Source: Thermoproteota archaeon
GTDB taxonomy: Archaea; Asgardarchaeota; Njordarchaeia; Njordarchaeales; Panguiarchaeaceae
Direction of reading: 5' to 3'
DNA: 64,000 nucleotides
NCBI GenBank assembly: GCA_024720975.1
Contig: JANJXX010000002.1
Span: forward strand, 32,001 to 96,000
The position numbers were made by a program, and so were the translations under genes. Positions within the stretch are counted from its first letter, which is position 1. Each line of letters starts with the position of its first letter. Positions 57,501 through 64,000 of the stretch are shown here, piece by piece. The notes below the pieces were generated by a model, which worked only from the letters and a program-made list of their open reading frames with translations, did not search any database and was not told the DNA's origin.

Positions 57501-58964
57501 CTATTCCAATAACCTCTCCATAGCCGCTAAGAAGCTTTCTAATTTTTCTTCAGGTAGATATGCGCCAGCTGCTAATTCATGGCCACCTCCAGAGGCTTCA
57601 GGCAAGTTTGAGAGAACCTTCTTAAGTATTTCAACTAAGTTTCCCTGGAATGCATTTGTGCCCCTAATTGATACCTTTAAAGCATTTTCAACGCTTCTCG
57701 ATAGAACTATGATAATTTTAGCAGTACTCTTTAATGCATGTGCTAGTATACTTGCCACAGAACTCGTAAGTTCTTCGTGAATTTTATCTCTGCCATCATA
57801 TACCGCGACACTTCCATGCATCTCTACTTGGGACTCCATGTTTAGAAATATTGTAGATAGAACTGCTCTGTATCTTTCATAGAGCTGAAACACCTGCTGC
57901 ACCACATCTTTATTGAGGGGGTTAAGAAGCGCTCCAAAAGCAACTTCTGGTGATCTCATTTTTCCACACGCATTAATCAGAATTGATAGGTCTCTAGCAT
58001 ATCTACAGAAATGGTTTTGTCCGGCTGAGAATTCGTATACATATCCCCTAAGCATTTCATCTATTTCTCTTATCGAGTATTTTCCACAATGCTTTAATAC
58101 TAGCGCTTCAAGAAGCTTATTTCTCAAAACGTCCCTTTGTTCTGGGGTAAGTTTATCCCAATAAACTTTTTCTGGATCATCACCTCGGCGCAATACTCCG
58201 GCTTGGATTAAAAAGTCAACTGCACCTTCGTAACTTCCAGATATACCGGGAATATCTAAAATGAACATTTCGGCAAGAAGTCTATATAATGGTTTAAACC
58301 CCATTCCTATTAGGATATAATCCTCGTAACTATTTATCACACCATATCTTTCGCCATAGTTAACGATGAATTTGTTAATTCCTATAAGTGAGCGTTTTGG
58401 ACCTACGTCCTGCGAATCACCTAGTGCTCCAGTTATGGCATAGAACAGATGAGCCTTATTTCTATCAAAGAATCCGTAGAAAGTATTAGCTAGCAGGAAC
58501 GCTATGCCTGCCGAGCTTATCTCTGTGCTACCATCTATCTCACACAGTCTTGGATTAATTACTAGAGATCTTGGATCGCTGAATGGATCGCTGAAATCAG
58601 AGCTGGACACTATGTGATGGTCTATTATAATGCTGCTTGATATGCTTGCAGTTTTCTTTACGTATGCTAATGGCGTGTCCGTACCTAAGTCTAGGAATAT
58701 TACATATCTTGGTTCTACTTCTTGCCAGTAACTCTCAAAGCTTTTGTTTGATATTTGCGGAAAAAAGTTTAGTATGAATGGCTTGTTCATTTCTATTAGA
58801 AGCTTAGCTATGATAACCGCCGATGTTATTCCATCGGTATCAATATGTGAGAACACAAAGATAGGGTCGTCTTTTCCCATGGATTCTAGGACACGAACAG
58901 CTCTTACCATATAGTTTATAATATTTTCCAACTTGTGCATTTTACAATGCCGAACTAAACCCAT
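57501..58964 (-). CDS. RecJ/Cdc45-like DHH phosphoesterase
   Basis: HIDTDGI, FLDLG, IDHH, GALGDSQ, INACG, VSIR, GGGHELAAG. Confidence 0.92.
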   Translation of the reverse strand: MGLVRHCKMHKLENIINYMVRAVRVLESMGKDDPIFVFSHIDTDGITSAVIIAKLLIEMNKPFILNFFPQISNKSFESYWQEVEPRYVIFLDLGTDTPLAYVKKTASISSSIIIDHHIVSSSDFSDPFSDPRSLVINPRLCEIDGSTEISSAGIAFLLANTFYGFFDRNKAHLFYAITGALGDSQDVGPKRSLIGINKFIVNYGERYGVINSYEDYILIGMGFKPLYRLLAEMFILDIPGISGSYEGAVDFLIQAGVLRRGDDPEKVYWDKLTPEQRDVLRNKLLEALVLKHCGKYSIREIDEMLRGYVYEFSAGQNHFCRYARDLSILINACGKMRSPEVAFGALLNPLNKDVVQQVFQLYERYRAVLSTIFLNMESQVEMHGSVAVYDGRDKIHEELTSSVASILAHALKSTAKIIIVLSRSVENALKVSIRGTNAFQGNLVEILKKVLSNLPEASGGGHELAAGAYLPEEKLESFLAAMERLLE

Positions 58965-59066
58965 GTATCCAGTTACTAATTTAACGAGAATATTTATTTC
59001 TCATTTTTACTGAGATTTTAGAAAGCACAACAACAGTAGTCTGCTGTGCTAATTGGTGATAAGATC

Positions 59067-59405
59067 TTGAAAAAGAAAAAGGCAGAGGAAAAAATTACGA
59101 CACTAGAAGAAGGAGATCTTGTGGGTCTCGTACTACGCATGATGGGTGGGGATTGGATAGAGGTATTCTGCGATGACGAAGTTGTTAGAAAAGTTAGGAT
59201 ACCAAAATCAAAGAGATCTATTCGCATTAAGCCTAATGATTTGATAGTAATTCGTCCATGGTATGGAATTGACGAGACACGGGGAGATATGATTACAAAA
59301 CTAACTCCGAGAGACTTAAAGCATTTATTGAAGACAGAGAGAGGAGAAAACATAAAGAAGATACTCACCGAGGAGCAAAAGGAATTTTATGGAATTGAGG
59401 AATAA
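59067..59405 (+). CDS. eif1a: Translation initiation factor aIF-1A
   Basis: GLVLRMMGG..IEVFCDD...RIP, DLIVIRPW, RGDM; SD GGTGA precedes TTG 59067. Confidence 0.88.
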   Translation: MKKKKAEEKITTLEEGDLVGLVLRMMGGDWIEVFCDDEVVRKVRIPKSKRSIRIKPNDLIVIRPWYGIDETRGDMITKLTPRDLKHLLKTERGENIKKILTEEQKEFYGIEE

Positions 59406-59426
59406 TCACCTACTAAGTGAAAATCC

Positions 59427-60629
59427 ATGGGAATAATTATAAGACCAGAGAGTTTAGAGCACACTTTTGTTCCTGATAGACTTCCCGCTAGAGAGGAACT
59501 TCGTTACCAACTCCTCTCCAAAATCATGGACTTCTTTTCTAAGCAATCGGGAGCTGGCTTTAAGGGCATCTATATTTATGGGGGCGTAGGTTCTGGAAAA
59601 ACAGTGCTCTCCCGCCGAGTTGCAATGGACCTCAAAGCGAAATTCGGTGATGCCCTAGATATTTGCTATGTCAACTGCCGATTTTCTAGAAGAGTGTATC
59701 GCGTGCTCGCACAAATAGCATCACAAATATCACCATCGCTTCCCCGGCGCGGTTTATCTAAGGATGAGTTCCTGGAATTAATATTTCTTGCTACTATGGA
59801 AAGAACGAAAAAACTCTTAGTAATACTTGATGAAATAGACTCGCTATTTTGGGGAGCTGAAGGAGATAAAGCTACGGATTTTCTGTATGCCCTATCTAGA
59901 TACGTCGAGCGAACCCCCTCTGGTGACTTACGCGTTGCAGCACTAAGCATAAGCAGAAGCGAAGAAGTGATTCATAAGTGGCTAGATCCTGCCACGCGTG
60001 CTTCATTCATACACGAGAAAATTTTTATGAAACCATATAACCCTAATGAGCTCCTAGAGATTCTTAAGTATCGAGTAGAACTCGCATTTAAACCCAATTC
60101 TATTAGCGATGAAAATATACGATATCTCGCCAACTTTGTTGCAAATCAGGCATCGGGAAATGCACGGATTGCAATAGATCTTCTACGACTTTCAGGAGAA
60201 ATAGCAGAACAACAAAGAGCATCTGAGATTAAACCTGAGCATATAAGGGTAGCTATAGAAGAGTACGCGCTACTACCTACGCTGGATCTAGAAAAATTGA
60301 TGGGACTTGAATTACACAAGCTTCTCGTTTTACTATCAGCAGTCCGAGCGCTTAAGAATTCTGATAAAGCTTACGTGACTAAAGCCATTGCACAACAGCA
60401 CTATAGAGAAATCTGCGCTGAATATAATGAAAAACCAAGAAAATCAACACAAATCTGGAGATACCTAAAAGAAATTCATCATGAGCTTAGTGGAATCGTT
60501 GAACTAGAGGTTAGTGGAAAAAACCAACGCGGACGCTCAACTAGAATCTTAATAAATGCTCCTTTAGAAGTTTTTGAGAAAAGTATTATGAAGGTTCTTA
60601 GGATGAAACTTCGCCAGGAGAACCTATAA
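59427..60629 (+). CDS. cdc6: Orc1/Cdc6 replication initiator
   Basis: FVPDRLPARE, GGVGSGKT, VILDEID, GNARIAIDLL, C-terminal wH with RGRST. Confidence 0.93.
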   Translation: MGIIIRPESLEHTFVPDRLPAREELRYQLLSKIMDFFSKQSGAGFKGIYIYGGVGSGKTVLSRRVAMDLKAKFGDALDICYVNCRFSRRVYRVLAQIASQISPSLPRRGLSKDEFLELIFLATMERTKKLLVILDEIDSLFWGAEGDKATDFLYALSRYVERTPSGDLRVAALSISRSEEVIHKWLDPATRASFIHEKIFMKPYNPNELLEILKYRVELAFKPNSISDENIRYLANFVANQASGNARIAIDLLRLSGEIAEQQRASEIKPEHIRVAIEEYALLPTLDLEKLMGLELHKLLVLLSAVRALKNSDKAYVTKAIAQQHYREICAEYNEKPRKSTQIWRYLKEIHHELSGIVELEVSGKNQRGRSTRILINAPLEVFEKSIMKVLRMKLRQENL

Positions 60630-60632
60630 TTC

Positions 60633-61022
60633 TTAGGCGTGACTTTTGACTGCCTGCTTGGCTTGCTCTTGTATTTGCTTTATTGAAATACCTTGTACGC
60701 GTTTAAAGAGTTCATCAAATTCATCTAATTGAAGGAATTTTGGACTCTTTATGTGTGGCAGGAAAAGAAATGCGGGAATATATTGCTTATCCTCGTAAAG
60801 TTTCTCTCTAACTGGTCTTGTTATCTCAGCTAGTGTTTCAGGCATGAAGATTACTGCATATTCTAATTGCTGCGATTCCAGTAAACTCTTAAGCGACATT
60901 AGAAGATTTTCGTTACTTTCTACAATTTTAACGTCTATGCCCAACAAATTGAAGATTTTTCCGAGATCCTCATAATCTTTTGTGGCCAGAAATAAAATTT
61001 TGTATCGAGATTTAAAACTCAA
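60633..61022 (-). CDS. A/V-type ATP synthase subunit F, stand-alone
   Basis: FNLLGI, EYAVIFMPETLA, PAFLFLP, KRVQGI. Confidence 0.7.
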   Translation of the reverse strand: MSFKSRYKILFLATKDYEDLGKIFNLLGIDVKIVESNENLLMSLKSLLESQQLEYAVIFMPETLAEITRPVREKLYEDKQYIPAFLFLPHIKSPKFLQLDEFDELFKRVQGISIKQIQEQAKQAVKSHA

Positions 61023-61025
61023 ACT

Positions 61026-62423
61026 TCATCTCCTTAGGTAGTTCTCAATAAATTCATTTACAACTTCTTCCAAAGTGTATCCAGAGGTCTCTACGATTTC
61101 ATATTTGACTTGCACAATAGGTTTGTTCACCTTAAGCCCATATGTTTCAAAAACTCTACTAATGGATATCGGCGTTCCAGAGACTATAACATCAGCATCT
61201 ACACGGTTTATAGTTTTTAGGAGCTCCTCCACCTGCTTTTTGTTATATCCTATTGTTGGAAGGACTTTACCTAGGTGCGGGTACATTTTGTAGACTTCCT
61301 CTAAGATTGAGCCGCTGGGTATGTACGGACGCGGGTCGACGATTTCCTTTGCTCCGAACATCCTTGCCGCAAGCAGACCCGCTGCCAAGTTCGCTTCCCC
61401 ATGCGTTACCGTGGGGCCATCTTCTATCACTAACACACGCTTACCCCTAATAGCAGATGGTGCGTCTAATTGTATCTTAGAGTCCGCTAGAATAATTTTT
61501 GCTTTAGGATTAACAGTCTGAACATTCTGGATAATTTCTCTCCAGTTTTCAAACGGTGCTGGACCTATTTTATTGATAACCACTACGTCGCACATTCGTA
61601 TATTGACACTACCGGGAAAATACTTCAACTCATGTCCAGGACGAAGTGCGTCGGCGACTGTTATCATCAAATTTGGCTTTATGAATGGAAAATCATTATT
61701 ACCGCCATCCCAAAGAATTACATCCGCTGACTTTTCAGCTTCCCTTAGTATCCTTTCATAATCTAGTCCGGCCCATACTTCAAAGCCGTTCACCAAGTAT
61801 TGTTCAAACTCTTCAAGCTCTTCTATGGACAGATCTCCGGATTTCAGCTTCTCATAAGCATCATCTAGTGTCCTAAAATATTCCACAATCTTCTTTTTCA
61901 AGTCCTTTGCGTAGGGCATTGGATGCCTTATGACTGCAACTCTAATACCTTTATTGCGAAAGATTCTTATTAGCTTCCTAGAGACGGAAGACTTACCCGC
62001 ACCAGTTCTAACAGCCACGACTGCAATTACAGGCTTTTCACTCTCCAGCATTGTATCTCTTGGACCTAATATCATGAAAGATGCTCCATTTGCTAGTGCT
62101 ATTGATGCACGCTCCATTACATGTTCAAAGCTTACGTCAGAATAAGAAAACACAACCTTATCAACATTCTTCTCTCGGATTATTCTAGCGAGATCCTCTT
62201 CCGGAACGAGGGGTATGCCTTGAGGATACAGTTCCCCCGCTAACTCAGGTGGATATATGCGATCTGCTATCTCCGGTATCTGTGTTTGTGTAAAGGCTAC
62301 AACCTCATAATTTGGATTCTTCTTAAAGAAGACATTAAAGTTGTGAAAATCACGTCCGGAAGCACCCATTATTATGACTTTACAACGCCTAGATGTGTTA
62401 GACTCCGCATTCACTTGCAACAC
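61026..62423 (-). CDS. COG2403 P-loop ligase (ArcE arginine synthetase / cDPG synthetase-like)
   Basis: IIMGASGRDFHNFN, AVRTGAGKS, RHPMPY, WDGGNNDFPF, EDGPTVTHG. Confidence 0.85.
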   Translation of the reverse strand: MLQVNAESNTSRRCKVIIMGASGRDFHNFNVFFKKNPNYEVVAFTQTQIPEIADRIYPPELAGELYPQGIPLVPEEDLARIIREKNVDKVVFSYSDVSFEHVMERASIALANGASFMILGPRDTMLESEKPVIAVVAVRTGAGKSSVSRKLIRIFRNKGIRVAVIRHPMPYAKDLKKKIVEYFRTLDDAYEKLKSGDLSIEELEEFEQYLVNGFEVWAGLDYERILREAEKSADVILWDGGNNDFPFIKPNLMITVADALRPGHELKYFPGSVNIRMCDVVVINKIGPAPFENWREIIQNVQTVNPKAKIILADSKIQLDAPSAIRGKRVLVIEDGPTVTHGEANLAAGLLAARMFGAKEIVDPRPYIPSGSILEEVYKMYPHLGKVLPTIGYNKKQVEELLKTINRVDADVIVSGTPISISRVFETYGLKVNKPIVQVKYEIVETSGYTLEEVVNEFIENYLRR

Positions 62424-62469
62424 CGTTAATGACTCTCAGGTTACCTTATTAGCAGCGAAGTGCTAATTT

Positions 62470-63225
62470 TTGAAATTTAATGAATCGGCAATTATTAGGT
62501 ATCAACTTAGCATTAGCCAGAAATCATTGGTGGCATTAGTGTTAGGTTCCATTATAGTACAATCGCCCTTCAGCGAAGGCTTCATATTAGAATTTGGTAA
62601 CCTCATCTTATGCATCGACCCGCCGTTGACCACCGAGACATTGAATTCGTTAATAGAAAGCGCAAAGTCCGTTGAGATAATTTTGAGTGAAGTAAAGAAC
62701 ATCAATACTCTCACTGATTTTTGCAATATGTTCAGAGTCATCACTCCACTTGAATCTGATCTTAACACATCACTAGCAATCACATACCGTGAAGAGGAAG
62801 CTATAATTTTCACGCACCGCTTATGTGGTTACTATCTTAATCCTCCTACTATTGCTGGGAGCTCGAATAGTCGTTTCATACTTCTCGTGACGCATCAGCT
62901 TAATATATTGTACGTTCCCAGGGTAACGTTTATTGAGAAACCACTTAGAGTTGATTTAACCCTGACTTATAATGAAATACTAGAGTATGCCATCGCTAAA
63001 TCATCTGGGAATCCCTTGATGATATCAAAGTATCTTGGTTGCAATCCGCAGTGGTGCTTAGTAAAAAGTACGAAGGACATCATATCTTCGAACATTGTAT
63101 ACCTAAATAAAAAGAAATACAGAGCCTCTCGACATCTTTCGGAGGTTGTTTTGAGAGAAGTTAATGATGCTCAGAGTGGTGCACGCTCATCACATAATCA
63201 GAGCAGGTCAGAAGTCATCATCTAA
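62470..63225 (+). CDS. Hypothetical protein
   Basis: 251-aa ORF filling the gap; no motif recognised. Confidence 0.55.
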   Translation: MKFNESAIIRYQLSISQKSLVALVLGSIIVQSPFSEGFILEFGNLILCIDPPLTTETLNSLIESAKSVEIILSEVKNINTLTDFCNMFRVITPLESDLNTSLAITYREEEAIIFTHRLCGYYLNPPTIAGSSNSRFILLVTHQLNILYVPRVTFIEKPLRVDLTLTYNEILEYAIAKSSGNPLMISKYLGCNPQWCLVKSTKDIISSNIVYLNKKKYRASRHLSEVVLREVNDAQSGARSSHNQSRSEVII

Positions 63226-63311
63226 AGGAAATTTATTTACGGCTCATTGCTAAAACAAAATTCTAGATCAGCATATTAAAAGCCTGACGCAATTTATCAA
63301 ATTTGATGACT

Positions 63312-63980
63312 TCAGAACTTAAATGCACTATAATTGTTCCCTTTTTGCTCCTCCTTAAATTTAACGAAGAGGATAACCTTTGTTTTATTAGTGATACCCC
63401 AGGGGGTGGGCTCATCAGTTTGCGAGACCGCCCAATTTGAGATTGGCAGAAACAATACGTTAAATCCAAATTGATTAGCAAAATCTCTTATCTCATGAGG
63501 ATCAATTGCATGCATCCATGATGAATCGGCCCCTGGTCCCTCACCAATGTCTATAAAATACTCTACTGACGAAAAACTCAATATGCTTTCGCCATGTTTT
63601 TCATTCGCAGGAATCCACGACCCCAGCACTGTTCTTGGATTGTATTTTTCGAGAGCTTCCTCAATACTTAGCTTTTCGACATTAAACCTACTACGCCTCA
63701 ACTTCCACGAATAATCATCCGTGGCAATTATGTCCACGCCAAATTTTTTGAGCCAGTAGGACAGTTTGCCACTACCTGCACAAACTTCTAGTCGCAAATT
63801 GGGGAGATACTTTAAAACGTCAGAAAGAGCTCTTACGAATTCAGCAGTTTCAACATTAAACAACGAGAATCTAGAACAAAATCGTAGCCAACGTCTCTTG
63901 CCTAAGCTTAGGATTATATAACGGACCTCCCAGTAGGATGGGAGTGTATCTATCTGAAGAACTTTCTTGGTGACGGACAT
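63312..63980 (-). CDS. SAM-dependent methyltransferase-like protein
   Basis: LEVCAGSGKLS, IIATDD, VLGSWIP, IDIGE. Confidence 0.75.
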   Translation of the reverse strand: MSVTKKVLQIDTLPSYWEVRYIILSLGKRRWLRFCSRFSLFNVETAEFVRALSDVLKYLPNLRLEVCAGSGKLSYWLKKFGVDIIATDDYSWKLRRSRFNVEKLSIEEALEKYNPRTVLGSWIPANEKHGESILSFSSVEYFIDIGEGPGADSSWMHAIDPHEIRDFANQFGFNVLFLPISNWAVSQTDEPTPWGITNKTKVILFVKFKEEQKGNNYSAFKF

Positions 63981-64000
63981 AATGCTGGGGTATTGAACGC

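Noticed and set aside
58965-59426. Replication origin next to cdc6
   Set aside because: No sizeable intergenic region or ORB-like repeats; cdc6 is operonic with aIF-1A.
1-64000. CRISPR arrays, rRNA genes, IS elements, proviral genes
   Set aside because: No regularly spaced repeats, long GC-rich RNA genes, transposases or capsid-like genes were seen by eye.

Overview
Gene-dense, AT-rich core-genome segment of an archaeon. It carries eukaryotic-signature genes (a bona fide actin, an MglA-type small GTPase, three roadblock/LC7-fold proteins, a eukaryote-like uS4), which points to an Asgard or Asgard-related lineage. GC-rich tRNAs suggest a thermophile; both assignments are inference. Most genes serve information processing: exosome/SBDS cluster, ribosomal proteins, RpoN/RpoF/TFE-beta, TrpRS, GluRS, a type-2 (methanogen-type) SerRS, SRP54, Topo VI A, thermosome, FEN1, GINS, RecJ/Cdc45-like DHH, Cdc6 and NurA-HerA. 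Six tRNAs are present, one with an 11-nt intron. Items found by reading outside the ORF track: (i) rpoN can only encode its conserved N-terminal Zn motif if it initiates at a non-canonical codon, most likely ATA, and two more genes appear to do the same; (ii) two box C/D guide RNAs whose predicted rRNA targets map to positions methylated in yeast; (iii) an unannotated 59-aa Flp-like prepilin heading a three-gene operon with a VirB2-like and a TadB/C-like membrane protein; (iv) a decayed islet behind a tRNA cluster. The best candidate for an undescribed system is the 36-47 kb neighbourhood (pilin trio, chaperonin, roadblock, MglA GTPase, actin, MoxR/vWA), a possible actin-linked polarity module. 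No CRISPR array, rRNA or IS element was seen. All family calls are by motif recognition; no database search was run.
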